From NCBI GenBank assembly GCA_937625935.1, contig OW569365.1, positions 434,001 to 498,000 of the forward strand: a DNA stretch of 64,000 nt, read 5' to 3'. The stretch comes from Tetramitus jugosus. Taxonomy: Eukaryota > Protista > Heterolobosea. This document shows positions 22,213 through 33,966 of the stretch, in pieces (within the stretch, counting starts at the first letter, position 1; every line of letters starts with the position of its first letter). The notes beneath the pieces are model-generated. The model was not told the DNA's origin and did not search any database. It worked only from the letters and a program-made list of their open reading frames with translations. The translations under genes were made by a program, and so were the position numbers.

Positions 22213-23567
22213 TTAGAACGCAGGACCTTGTGCCTTCTTTCTGTTGGCCAATCCGGTAGACAGATTGAACAACATGGCATCCAAGAGACCACTCACAGTA
22301 AACACACCACCCACAATTGCACAAATGCTCACCAAAAAGTGAGTAAAGCTTCTGTTTTGTTCCTTGATGTGTACCATGATTGGACTCAAATCATAAATGA
22401 AAAAGATTCCAGGTACAACATTTGGATGGTGGGCATTCTTTGGTCTCGTGTGCTGAGTCACAGAGTACTGATTCGACACAATCTGTTCACCATTGGCAAA
22501 CTCATAAATCGTTGGCACCACCTTGACAAAGTATTGATAGAGAGCTGAGCCTTCAGCCACCACTTTGACCGTATCGTCCAACGGATTCGTAATACCAGGA
22601 TAGTATTCACCAAATCCCAATGAGTGAATCACATGAGTCGTGTTGAAATGTTCCAACTCGAACGGTGTGTAATCATGAATGTGCGTGTGTGCTCTCTGGA
22701 ATGTTTTTCCCGGTGTAAAATGAAAATTACCAGCCACCTTGTTGACAGAAAAGTGCCCGTGCAGGTTGCATCCCTCCTGTTTGGCATACTTTACCTTTCT
22801 CTCCAAAATCTCAGCATAGCACTGTTCAATGTCATCAGTCGGAGTAAATGCCCAACCCTTCTTACGATAGGCTTCTCTCACTTCATCACAATTTCGGCAA
22901 CATTGACCAGGTGTAATCTCTGCACCGTAGCATGGACCACAATAGTTTGGATCCGCCAATTTTTTTGCCTTTTCAATCTTTTCAGTCTGTGTGGGATCAA
23001 TGTTGATTGCATCCTTTTCTTCCTTGTGTTCCTCTAGTGGTGCACCACTGAGAGACAATCGTTGCTTATAAACTGTGTGTGCAATGTTCAATTGATAGTC
23101 TCCACTCACATCCATCAAATCCAAATTGAGAGCTAACCATCATCATCATCATCACATATGTATGTTTGTATTTTTTTGTTGTTGTTGTTTGTCGTTCATC
23201 GTATGATTAAAGGAAAAAAAAAAGCAGAGTGAGCAAAGCAACATCATCTTGAAAAAGTGAAACAAGTGTCTCTCTCATATGAGAGAGACAGATGATCCAT
23301 CTATAGATAATATACAATATACGTACCATCACAGCTAATTGCAGGAAAAGTAATGTTCAGATAGATGGGAATGGTTTGAGTGTGAGACGTGTCGACATAC
23401 AACTCATCCATTCTCTCTACACTCGTATAGAGCATAAATTCACTGACTACTAATACAAATACAACAATGATGGCAATGATGGAGATGGCTCCTCCAGTCA
23501 ATGTTCTCACACGAAAATCATCCAATGTTTTTGGATAAATGTCAAGTGACTTGAAATTGTTGAGCAT
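22213..23567 (-). CDS. ERGIC3: ER-Golgi intermediate compartment protein 3 (Erv46); 2 exons, intron 23326-23133
   Basis: LDIYPKTLDDFRVRTLTGG, CGPCYGAE...CCRNCDEVREAY, EGCNLHG..VNKVAGNFH, C-terminal TM helix CAIVGGVFTV. Confidence 0.93.
23267..23290. repeat. 24-bp perfect palindrome inside the ERGIC3 intron
   Basis: TGTCTCTCTCAT|ATGAGAGAGACA. Confidence 0.85.
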
Positions 23568-23829
23568 GATTGATGATGTTGATGATGATGTTGATTCAAA
23601 AAACAAACTCTTAGATAGATGAGATCAACTAATTAGTCAAGAAAATGGATTTTTTTTTTGTGATTGAGCAATTTTTTTGGCCGCGGTTTTGATTTTTGGA
23701 CGCGTGTTGTTCATTGAAGATGACAAAAACTCCGGCTATTTGAGGGCTTTTTCACATGCTGAGATCTCTTGCTCAGAATTTATCCTTTATTCACACAGCA
23801 ACAACAACGAATAACACAATAACGACACA

Positions 23830-24939
23830 ATGACAAGCGGCAACAATCAACAAAGGTTGTTCATTGTTGATTACAAGAGTCTAATTGCTGGTGTCATTAG
23901 TGGTGGTACCTCCAATCTCATTCTGCATCCACTGGATTCCATTAAAACAAGGATTCAAGCTGCAGGCAGAGGACAAAAAGCTTCTGCAAGGTCTCACATT
24001 GGTCTATGGAACACTGTTTTATTCACTCGTGACTTGTTGAAAAATGAAGGTGGTTGGCGCGTGCTCTATCAAGGCCTGGGAAGCTCCGTGTTTGGCGCGA
24101 GCGCCTCCTGGGGACTCTATTTCCTCATTTACAATAGCTCGAAAAATTATTTTCTGTCCAGAGGTGAGCTTTCATCTGATTCTGGGTCTGATTCTTCAGT
24201 TGCAGTTGGAGCGACAAGTGTCAAAAAACAGGGTCATGATCTTCCGACGAGCTTGTTGTTGGCTTCCAGTCTCAATGCAGGTGTCATTACGACGTTGATT
24301 ACTCATCCGATATGGTTAGTGAAGACAAGGCTTCAATTGCAGCAGAGAATGGCACCACCCAGTGTGACTTCTGTTGCAGCAGAGAGTATCAATGGAGGTG
24401 GTGCTAGCAATGCGGTGAGATACAAGGGAACAGTAGATGGATTGATTAAGATTGCAACACAAGAAGGTTTGACCAAGGGATTATATATGGGATTGATGCC
24501 ATCAATGTTCTTGATTAGTCATGGCGTTATTCACTTTGTACTCTATGATTCGATGAAATATTTGTATTTTAAGAAAAAGTCGAGTGAGAATGGTGAGGAG
24601 GATCAGAGATTGAACTCTGTAGAATCATTTATCATGGCTGGAGCTTCGAAATCAGTTGCTGCTCTCTGCACCTATCCATTCCAAGTGATCAAAACAAGAA
24701 TGCAGGACTCGCGAAACAGCGCCAATGCAGCACTGAGTGGCAATCAGCCTAATTTTGTGCGGTATAATAGTATGTCGGATGCTGTAATCAAAATGTACAG
24801 AACAGAAGGAATGTCTTCATTCTTTAGAGGTATTATTCCTCATGTCATTCGTGTTACTCCTGCTGGTGCAATCACTTTTACGATATATGAATTTGTTTCC
24901 AATATTCTGTCCTCGGTAGAGAGGAAACGGGAAGTGTAA
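23830..24939 (+). CDS. Mitochondrial folate/FAD carrier (SLC25A32/Flx1-like)
   Basis: HPLDSIKTR, ASWGLYFLIYN, HPIWLVKTRLQLQ, SHGVIHFVLYD, YPFQVIKTR, RVTPAGAITF. Confidence 0.85.
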   Translation: MTSGNNQQRLFIVDYKSLIAGVISGGTSNLILHPLDSIKTRIQAAGRGQKASARSHIGLWNTVLFTRDLLKNEGGWRVLYQGLGSSVFGASASWGLYFLIYNSSKNYFLSRGELSSDSGSDSSVAVGATSVKKQGHDLPTSLLLASSLNAGVITTLITHPIWLVKTRLQLQQRMAPPSVTSVAAESINGGGASNAVRYKGTVDGLIKIATQEGLTKGLYMGLMPSMFLISHGVIHFVLYDSMKYLYFKKKSSENGEEDQRLNSVESFIMAGASKSVAALCTYPFQVIKTRMQDSRNSANAALSGNQPNFVRYNSMSDAVIKMYRTEGMSSFFRGIIPHVIRVTPAGAITFTIYEFVSNILSSVERKREV

Positions 24940-25050
24940 CAATGAATGCCATGTATGTGGATTCAATAGTATCACAACGAAATACTAATTTATTTTGGGT
25001 GGCAAACGCGCTGTCTCATTCTCAGCTCTCTTATTGGTGCGATTCAATGT

Positions 25051-26980
25051 TCAATTGTAGCGCCAGAGGAACATTGCTCCTTCGGAGCCCACACTAGCAA
25101 TAAATCTCGAGTCTGGAGAGAACTTAACTTTCGTTATATTGCCACTGTGACCTGCACCCATTTTCTCAATCTCACCCATGTCATAATGCCACAAGTTTAC
25201 GTACTTATCATAACCGCCTGTGACAAAGTATTGTCCATCGGGTGACATATCAAGGGCAAAAATTTCATTGTGTTCTGATTCTGGCATCTCTCGAATTGCT
25301 GAGCAGTCATATGCATCCCAGTAAGTAATTTGTTTATCACTACCGCATGTGACAATCTGGCTCTCATCATTCAAGTATCTCGCCTGCTTAAAGTAAGTCT
25401 GAGCGTACATGATATTGCTTCTGACGAATCTCTCCAAGCTCCAAACAATACAGGAACCATCATCACTGGCAGTGATACACTCAGAGTTATCCTTCCTGAT
25501 ATCTATGGAATTGATAGTAGCCTTGTGTTCCTTCATGCTAGCCACAAGTGTCTGGGTGGACGGCGATATTTGCCATACTCTTACTTGTCCATCAGAACCA
25601 CCACTGACAATTCTTGACCCATCGTTTGTCATGGCAATTGCAGTCACTCCAACCAATGCCCCTGATATCTTCTTTAGTCCTGTGATTTTATGTGCGTCAT
25701 TAATCACATAGAGTAATTTACCGGATTGAGGTCCAAAAGCTCTGATCTTTCCATCACTCCATCCACTCACAATGCTCTTACCACTTGGACTGAAACAAAC
25801 ACAGTTACACTCCAAGTTATCTACTCGAATTCGCAAGAGTTCCTTGCATTTCACGGCATTCCATAAGCGGATATCATTCACCGAACAAGTGGCGATAATT
25901 TCACTAGTTCCGAGAGGATAAGCGATATCGTTGATTCTTTCATTATGACAAGTAGTGAGGAGAGTCGCATTGAGTTCTCGGCCAGAAACTAGATATATAA
26001 CGGATTCAGATGTTCCACACATGTAAGTGAAGGACCCAAAAGGAGCAATGCTTGTTACTCCTCCCATGAGTTTCTTACTAACAACTTTGAGCAAGTTTTG
26101 CTTGCTCAACACACAGATAGATCCATCTCCGCCACCGATAATCAGATTTCCATCATTTGTAAAAGCGATACTGAGTACACCTTTAGAGATGGGTTGCTTT
26201 GGACCTGCAAACTTGAAATTCTTTGGTCCTTGCATCTGCACACAGAGAACATCCCCACTTGTTGTTCCACAATACACATATTGATCATCTTCATCGAGAG
26301 CCAGACAAGTAATGACACGTTTCAATTGTCCCATTTTACAGTCATGTGGAATCATATTCCTGTTCTCATAATCAACCTCCCATACTCGCATCAAGTACTT
26401 TCCTCCAGTGACAATGAAACGAGGATCGCCATGGAAGAATGAAATACAATTACCCAAGTTTGGACTCACGCCTCCACAGATTGCCTTTCCAGTTTTGACA
26501 TCCCATATTGTAATATTGTTGTCATCTTGACCACCAATACTGACCAACATTTGTTCATTGTCACTGAAAGCAAGAGCTTCAACCTTCACCTTGTGCAGTG
26601 TCATTCTATGCAAGATAGTACCAGATTCATAGTCCCACAAGATCACATCAGCCTACTCCAACAAATGTGAGACTTCAATTCATATTATCTAGCAAAAGAA
26701 CACAAATGAACATTACCTTGAATCCCATATGAGTGGACTGTCCACTGGCGATATATCTTCCACTTCTTGAGATGGCAATGCAAGAAACAGGTCCATTCTC
26801 ATGCCCCCTCAAGAATTTAGTATTGAAAGAATTGTCAATTTCCTTGAGAATAATGGTGCTTCCCAATGGATAAATCATGTGCTTTCCATCAGGATGAACT
26901 TGAAGTCCGTTTGGAACAGAACCTCCAAATCCAATCACAGAGTAGATATCCAAACGCTTGGCATTGTTTCCTTGTTGCAT
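25051..26980 (-). CDS. CFAP52: WD40 axonemal protein CFAP52 (WDR16); 2 exons, intron 26716-26653
   Basis: VIGFGGSVPNGL..HPD, ASGQSTHMGFK|ADVILWDY, LHKVKVEALAFS, GWSDGKIRAFGPQSGKL. Confidence 0.92.
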
Positions 26981-27076
26981 TTTTCTCAGAAAAAAGTCTT
27001 AATACGAAAGCTCTCTATTTTCTTTGTTCACTGGTTAGAATTTCCCTCTTGTTCTCAAATTACTGTAGTCCTGAAA

Positions 27077-27086
27077 TGGCGGGAAA
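27077..27086. promoter_or_regulatory. E2F-type site TGGCGGGAAA about 100 nt upstream of CFAP52
   Basis: Same core and orientation as the site upstream of CFAP58. Confidence 0.45.
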
Positions 27087-27799
27087 CTCGACCGGAGGGC
27101 CGCACATAAAGTGCCCAGATCATGAGCAACCTCAAACAGCAAGATCAACATGAATCATTTAATGCGATGAAAGGCGCATTCGGAGCTTATGAGAAATTCT
27201 TTCGACAGGCAATTCGATACTTCACTCAAGGCCCTTCCGTACATTGGAAAGAAATGCGTCATCTGATGTGATGGGTCTTGCAAAATTGTTTGGGATTGTA
27301 GTGAACACTCTACTTAGGCCCAAAGTGGATATGAATCGGGAACCTGCACTAGATTTCGGAGATGGCGATCAAAACAAGTGGTGGTACTTGTTCGGTGATT
27401 GGTTAATAAGACTTCAGTAACACTGTCTCCTATCTGACATCATTTTGCGAGAGAATATCAATTCGGCTCAATATCGAAAAAGCCTAATTAGTTGCCAAGC
27501 AAGAGACCAGACACGTGATGTCTGAATATTTGCCAGCCGAGAGATTCTCCAACTGGTGAGTGACGTCGGAGGATTTTATCTCCAACGACAACAATCAGCA
27601 AATTCCCGCACATCCTCCACAAATGATGCCACCACCATCCACTACAAAAATCAATTCAGACGAAATCCCAAACACCCTTTTATTTCCCCTATCTCAACAA
27701 CTCTCACCCACCACGAGCAAAATCCCAAACCAAAAAACTTCTCATTCTCAAACAACAGATTCTCATTCAATCTTCATCATATATACAAAAAAAAAAACA

Positions 27800-29390
27800 A
27801 TGGGTCAAAAAAACGGCAAGGGCATTCCAACTGAGAATCCAAATGCACCACACAATCACTCACAAATGACGGGAGACAATCCGTTCAATCCACAAAATAA
27901 CATTGGTATGCTCTACAATCATGATGAAAATGGCGCTAGAGTGAGTTTTGATGACTTTGATATCTTGAAGCTTGTTGGAAAAGGTATGATGATGACCACA
28001 CTTTTTTTTTTATTTGATTGTTGTTGTTGTCTTTGATTCAATTATAAACATTGAAGGAGGATGATGAGGAATGAGGAATGATGATGGATGACGGACATTC
28101 TCTTGATATATGATGAAACTGTTACATAATGTAGAGCTAACTCTTGTTATCATTATTACATCTTGTTATTGACCATAATCATGAAAACGAATCCACATAG
28201 GTAATTTTGCAAAGGTGCTACAAGTGAGGAAAAAGGACACTGGAAAAATTTATGCCATGAAAGTGTTGAACAAGAAAAAACTGGAGCAGAGTGATCAATT
28301 GGAACACATTAAAACAGAGAGGACTGTTCTTCAATACGTTGCTCATCCATTCCTAGTGCGTCTCCTGTACGCATTCCAAGACCCAGAAAAGCTCTACATG
28401 GTCATGGAGTTTGTCAATGGAGGAGAATTGTTTTTCCATTTGAAAAAAGAGAGAAGATTTGCTGAACACAGAGTCAAATTCTACAGTGCACAACTATTGT
28501 TGGCATTGAGTCATTTGCATGAACAGAATGTGGTGTTTAGAGATTTGAAACCAGAAAATGTGTTGATGGACAAGGACGGAAACATTATGTTGACTGATTT
28601 TGGATTGGCAAAGTTTATGAGTGCAGAACGAACACATACTTTTTGTGGCACACCAGAGTATTTGGCACCTGTTTGTATCGTGATCATCATTTTCACTGTG
28701 TTATTTTATTGTTGTTTTGTGTTGTTTTGTGTTGTCCTTGTTGCTTTTTGTCATTTTTTGTTGAAAGCTAAAGCTAACTGTTATTGCTTGTTGTTGTGTT
28801 TTGGTTGGTGATCATGATGAATGATAACGAAAAAAAATGATATGATTGGTGGCGATGAAATTTTGTAGGAAGTCTTGTTGCAAAAGGGTCATGGTAAGCC
28901 AGTGGACTGGTGGAGCTATGGTACACTAATCTTTGAAATGTTGGTCGGTATTCCTCCATTCTACAGTGAGAATGTTCATGAGATGTACGACAAGATTTTG
29001 TACTCTGATTTGATATTGCCTGAACAATTGATGTCACCAGAAGCAATGGATCTGTTGGCTCGATTGTTGGAACGTGATCCAAAGAGAAGATTGGGCAGCG
29101 GACCAACTGAATGGCAAGAAATCAAGAATCATCCATTCTTTGAGAGCATTGATTGGGATGCACTGTACAATAAGAAACTTACGGCTCCATTTAAGCCAAA
29201 GGTGAAGGATGAGTTGGATACGAGCTTTTTCGATGAAGAGTTCACAAAACAGAATCCATTGGACTCTTTTGACGAAGATGATCACGGTGGTAGCTACCTT
29301 GGTGAATCTGTACAAAAGGAATTTGAAGGATTTACCTATGAAGGAGAGAGCAAACTTGAAAATGTAGATAGAATCATTGAAGATGATTAA
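27800..29390 (+). CDS. AGC Ser/Thr kinase (PKBR1/SGK/Ypk-like), probably N-myristoylated; 3 exons (27800-27983, 28201-28670, 28869-29390)
   Basis: MGQK N-terminus, GKG|NFAKV, FRDLKPEN, DFG, TFCGTPEYLAP|EV, hydrophobic motif FEGFTY. No PH domain. Both GT-AG introns keep the frame. Confidence 0.9.
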
Positions 29391-29745
29391 AACCATGAAA
29401 TGTGGTTCCACAACAACAACAACCAACAATAACATGTTAATACTTAAAAAATAATAATAATAATACTCAAAATAATAATCATCCATAACTAACAAAGATA
29501 TCTATTTGCTCAGGTTCAGAATCAACCTTTGCGAGATAGTAGCATATGAATCACCTAATCACTCTTGGCCAATCATCAATCGTTGGCTCCCTTTTTATTA
29601 TTCTCCTCAGAATAAAATCATAATATTTCATCCCTGTAATGTCCTTGACAGCAATTTGTTACAATTCCTGGAATCAACCAGGTTGCGAAGAAAGTTGGTT
29701 CGTTTTTGAGAATCACAAAACAAACATCATTTCGATCAACAAAAA

Positions 29746-30690
29746 ATGGAACAACACGATCGTCCTTCTTCTCGCGTATGCTTCGTTCTGATTGCAGGAT
29801 TGCCAGCTTCACTCAAGTCATCCATAAGTCAACTGTTGCAGGACTTTTGGCTCAAAGAGAACCGGATCTGTTGTCATTACATTTGTTTTGACCAACTGTT
29901 CCATGATGAGGCACTGCGCAGCAGCTCAATGACTGAGGAGATTAGTTTTGATAACCAAGAGTGGAGAAATCAACAAAAGCAGATGCTGTTGCTGACTCAG
30001 AATCGAATCCTTTGCGAACAAAACAAGGAAACTGATCCTTCGAACGTTCGAACTGTCTTTCTTGTCGATGATAACTTTTATTACGCGAGTATGAGACATA
30101 GCTACTATGTTCTTGCGAGGGATTTACAGATATCATTCTGCACCCTCTTCTGCATCGCTGAACTTGATGATTGCATCAGAAGAAACGAGCAGAGAATAGG
30201 TGTAAATAGAGTACCAGAGCACGTCATTCACTCAATGCATCAAAAGTTTGAGTACGACTCCAAAGTGAGCTCTATTCCAACAATGAAAATTGATACAAGC
30301 GAATCGTATTTGAATAGGATGAAATGTGGTCTGAACGTTAGCTCCATAGCTCAGTTCATAGAGCAGAGCTTCCATTTCGTACCTAACAAGTGTACCAATG
30401 ATGAATCGAGTAACGTAATGGTCAGTCGTCTGGCCAATCAACAATTGCTTCACCAATTAGATTTGGCTCTTCGAAAGAGAGTCAATGATATCATGAAAAC
30501 GCTTCCCACTAACAGTGAGATTAGCGACAAGAAACAATTAATGAAGGACACTTCGATTCGGTTAAGTTCTGCCAAGAAGACGCTATATGATCAGGTCAAA
30601 TGTGGTGATATCTTAATTCCAGATGGAGTAACAGATCAAGAGTTCATTTCTCTTATGGAACAACAGTTGTTATCCAATACATTGTCTTGA
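29746..30690 (+). CDS. PSTK: O-phosphoseryl-tRNA(Sec) kinase-like protein
   Basis: LIAGLPASLKSS (P-loop), ICFD, LVDDNFYYASMRHSYYVLAR, CIRRNEQR...VPEHVI, LLHQLDLALRK. Confidence 0.8.
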   Translation: MEQHDRPSSRVCFVLIAGLPASLKSSISQLLQDFWLKENRICCHYICFDQLFHDEALRSSSMTEEISFDNQEWRNQQKQMLLLTQNRILCEQNKETDPSNVRTVFLVDDNFYYASMRHSYYVLARDLQISFCTLFCIAELDDCIRRNEQRIGVNRVPEHVIHSMHQKFEYDSKVSSIPTMKIDTSESYLNRMKCGLNVSSIAQFIEQSFHFVPNKCTNDESSNVMVSRLANQQLLHQLDLALRKRVNDIMKTLPTNSEISDKKQLMKDTSIRLSSAKKTLYDQVKCGDILIPDGVTDQEFISLMEQQLLSNTLS

Positions 30691-30826
30691 TAGAAAGATC
30701 ACCATTGTTTATCATATGGATCATTGTGTAGAATAACTAGTTTATCAGACGTAGGATAGTGTTTGCTTCACATGTCAAACACTTGGCAATCCTTTGCTTA
30801 ATTTACAAAGGCCACTCACCCAACCA

Positions 30827-31513
30827 TTACTTTCTGAAATTAGTGATATGCGGGAGAGAGACAGTTCGCTTAGCGGTGCCTTCGCATTGCAACCCTTCAG
30901 GCACTTCAAACACAGTGGCATCAGGAACACCTGCCTGGTAACTTGAAATCTCTAATTTGGTATCTTTTTCTGCAACAATGGCCACTGGTTGTTGATTGAA
31001 AGCATCCAAGACGATCTCGAAGTTCATTGGTTGATCCGAAAAGAATGTCAAAGTGACATTGCTGAACTTGCTGACCAATGAACCGTGAAACATTGAAAAT
31101 CCGACAAAAGAAGCAGATTTCAATGGGTTGACACTGAAAATGTTATCCATTCCGACTAGTGTGAACCCATTGCAATGTACAATATCTGCTTCATTCATTT
31201 GATAGATTTGGATTCCCTTGCCATTCTTGTAATCAACAGTAAGCTGGGAGAAGACTGAAGGAATGAACTTGCCCTCGACAGTAGGTTCCCAAGTACGGAC
31301 AGCTACTCTTTAATTCTCTTTGTCCAAGAAAACCTTGAATGGGAACTTCATCCATTGGTCTTGAATGTTAATGCTAGTAAAAACACCTGAGAGAGTTGCA
31401 CTTTGTAATAGCTTAGGTTCAAAGGGAAGCTTTGTACCTTCTGCCATCGAGGAGCAGAACACACAGAAGAGAGTTTGGAGGATCAGAACCCACTTGATAA
31501 TTTGTGGCTTCAT
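30827..31513 (-). pseudogene. Secreted ependymin-related (EPDR-like) gene interrupted by one in-frame TAA at 31312-31310
   Basis: The two track ORFs share a frame and are linked by 37 sense codons (RVAVRTWEP...DYKNGKGIQIYQ). Signal peptide, DKEN*RVAV, DYKNG, PDATVFEVPEGLQC. Confidence 0.65.
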
Positions 31514-31584
31514 ATTGTCTTGATGAATACGAAAGAAGTTGATCTGATTGCTTGTGGTCAGGACAAGCTGTGGATCGCCATCAG

Positions 31585-31593
31585 CTTTTTATA
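31585..31593 (-). promoter_or_regulatory. TATA-like element TATAAAAAG upstream of the ependymin-like gene
   Basis: About 75 nt upstream of the ATG at 31513. Confidence 0.35.
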
Positions 31594-31713
31594 CTGCATC
31601 TCGGTCATCCAGTTGGGCAAGAGGCTGATATTCTGATAGAAACCACCAGGTTCTAATGAAAGTCAAAAGATATTTCAACCGGACAATTGAACCAATTTAC
31701 AAAATCGCCAGAC

Positions 31714-32292
31714 TTAATGTAAATAGATGAGCAAGAATCCCAGAACTGCAACACCTGTACCTAGTACGACAATGATGAATGGTCCTAGTGCATCAAACAG
31801 ATACACTCTCCGATCCAATTCTCTCAACATGGCCAAATGTCTCAACCACGAATAAAGAAAGACAATCAAACCGAACACAACAATGTAGACACCAGATATT
31901 TTCGTGACGACACCAGAGTGAGGAATAATCTGCACCAAAGCAATACCTAGAGCTACAATCGTGAGACCTGTTCGGACCCAGGCCAAGAAATTTCTTTCAA
32001 CTGACAACAAATCTTGTTGCATGCCCTTTCTTGCTTTCACAACTGTCCACTTGGGTCGAATAGCGAGGAATATCGGTTTCACATCCTTCGAATTCTTGTT
32101 CTTCTTGTCCTTGGCAAAAACTTGACTCTGATTGGAAGATTCTCTCTGTTCTGCATGAGCACTCAACTCTGTTGGAGAATGGGAGGGTGCTACGGTGTAA
32201 GACACTGGCATGAAAATGGGTTGCCCCATATCAATACTCAGCGATCTTTTTCGAACGGGCGAGGATGGTGGTGGTGGTGTAGTGGTCTGCAT
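31714..32292 (-). CDS. DUF202 (YidH/Vtc1-like) membrane protein
   Basis: LSVERNFLAWVRTGL followed by three TM helices. Confidence 0.8.
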   Translation of the reverse strand: MQTTTPPPPSSPVRKRSLSIDMGQPIFMPVSYTVAPSHSPTELSAHAEQRESSNQSQVFAKDKKNKNSKDVKPIFLAIRPKWTVVKARKGMQQDLLSVERNFLAWVRTGLTIVALGIALVQIIPHSGVVTKISGVYIVVFGLIVFLYSWLRHLAMLRELDRRVYLFDALGPFIIVVLGTGVAVLGFLLIYLH

Positions 32293-32636
32293 TAAGAATT
32301 GGTTTTTATGTGATGATGGTTAAAGTGAGAGAGAAGCTTATGATGATGAGATTTGTGTGGTGCTATAGTCAACAACTCTACATGCCTGTTGCTGTTGATT
32401 TATTATTTTCTGATTGCATCAATGTGTTGTGCTCTTGTATTAATTTACAGCCTTTAGTTGAGTGGACAAAATTAACTTTTTGTCAACGATTTACAACCAC
32501 ATTTTGGAAAACACAAAATGTCTTGGTCAAAGGACATTATCAAAAAGCCTTTCACCTCGCATGATCTCAGAACAAAACTTGCTCTCTTCTTCTTTTTGTT
32601 AGCTTAACCATCATCAAACAACAAAAACCCTTTTTG

Positions 32637-33407
32637 TTAATTCTTGACTGTTGCAGGAGGTGGGGGAGGCAAAAATGCTGCTGGCTTGCCCACAAACACC
32701 ACTTCCAACTCAAACACCTTGCTCTCAGGGTTCCACTTTGACCTTACACCACCACCAAACTCCTCAGTCACCTTATCAACAGGTGCATTGGGAACACGGA
32801 AAGCAATCGTTTCATAGGGATCAGCCGCAAACAAAATGTATTGATATTGACTGTTGGGCACTTCTACTCTCTGTTCGAAAGCTGACATGAAACGATGCCT
32901 TGGTTGAAGTCCCTTATCAATATCAGGATACATAATCTTAAATGTGAAACGATTGTGCTTTGGATAACCAAGAATTTTTTCCTTCTTGACCTCGTAGCCA
33001 GGCAGTCCAATACGAACTGTTTTTCGTTTGGGAGCAGCAGCAGCGGCGGCATTTGCGCTCGCCAAAGAACTTGCTTGTGCTGCGGCGGCGGCATTTGACG
33101 ATGAAGGCGACAAAAAATCATGTTTCTTGTTGGACTGTAAATGTTCTTCGCGCGCCATTCTTCGCGCCAAATTTGCCTTGTGCCGTTTTCCTTGCGTATG
33201 AGCCAAATAATTTCCTTCATTGCTGTGCAATGTGAGACATAATTTACACTCGTACGATCCTAGATGATTCTTCATGAAATAGGGATCCTTTGTGAGATCG
33301 ACTTGCTCTAGAGCCAATCGCCGAAGACGCTCTCTTCTGTCAACGTTGCTGAGTGAGGCAGATTGAACACCACCACTACCAGCCTTACTTCCAAAATCTC
33401 TGTCCAT
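32637..33407 (-). CDS. SF3A2: Splicing factor 3A subunit 2 (Prp11/SAP62)
   Basis: DRRERLRRLALE..DLTKDPYFMKNHLGSYECKLCLTLHSNEGNYLAHTQGKRH, PRHRFMSAFEQRVE. Confidence 0.96.
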   Translation of the reverse strand: MDRDFGSKAGSGGVQSASLSNVDRRERLRRLALEQVDLTKDPYFMKNHLGSYECKLCLTLHSNEGNYLAHTQGKRHKANLARRMAREEHLQSNKKHDFLSPSSSNAAAAAQASSLASANAAAAAAPKRKTVRIGLPGYEVKKEKILGYPKHNRFTFKIMYPDIDKGLQPRHRFMSAFEQRVEVPNSQYQYILFAADPYETIAFRVPNAPVDKVTEEFGGGVRSKWNPESKVFELEVVFVGKPAAFLPPPPPATVKN

Positions 33408-33966
33408 TGTCTAAAGCTTGTTATGTCTGTGTGAACTTGAACAAATTCGTTTTTTTTGTTGTCGTTTGGTTGAAAGCGAAAATTCTTTTATTTATACCCA
33501 ATCCTAAAAGGCCGAAAGAATAATGTCCGATCCGATTGACACAGACATGCACTTGAACTACGGCTGGATAGCACAACACTTTTTTGATGAGAACTCTTCT
33601 TTTGTTTCGACATACATCGAGATGTATGTTGGACAATGCCGAAGAGTAAAAAGAATTGCTCACATCCAATTTCCGTCTTGTTATCGAGTCTGGTAGACCA
33701 GATAGCACAGATTATGGAACCGTAGTGCAGGACATTGATCAATCAAGCTTCAAATTGTCAAATAGAACAAGTATTCAGTCAGCCATAAAGGAAAGAATGG
33801 GATGAAGTGATAGAGAGATGATGTTCTCTACACGGCACACAACATGCTTTGAGTTGGGCAGAGTGGAGAAAACTCCAGCTCCTAGACTCCACTGTTTCCC
33901 ACATGCTATGTGAGAGCATCAAGTGTCTTTGAGAACAATCAGTGCCTACTAGAATGATCAACAATC

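Noticed and set aside
31310-31312. Genome-wide reassignment of TAA to Gln
   Set aside because: Conserved genes here (UAP56, both carriers, SF3A2, DPM1) end at TAA at the expected position and have no internal TAA.
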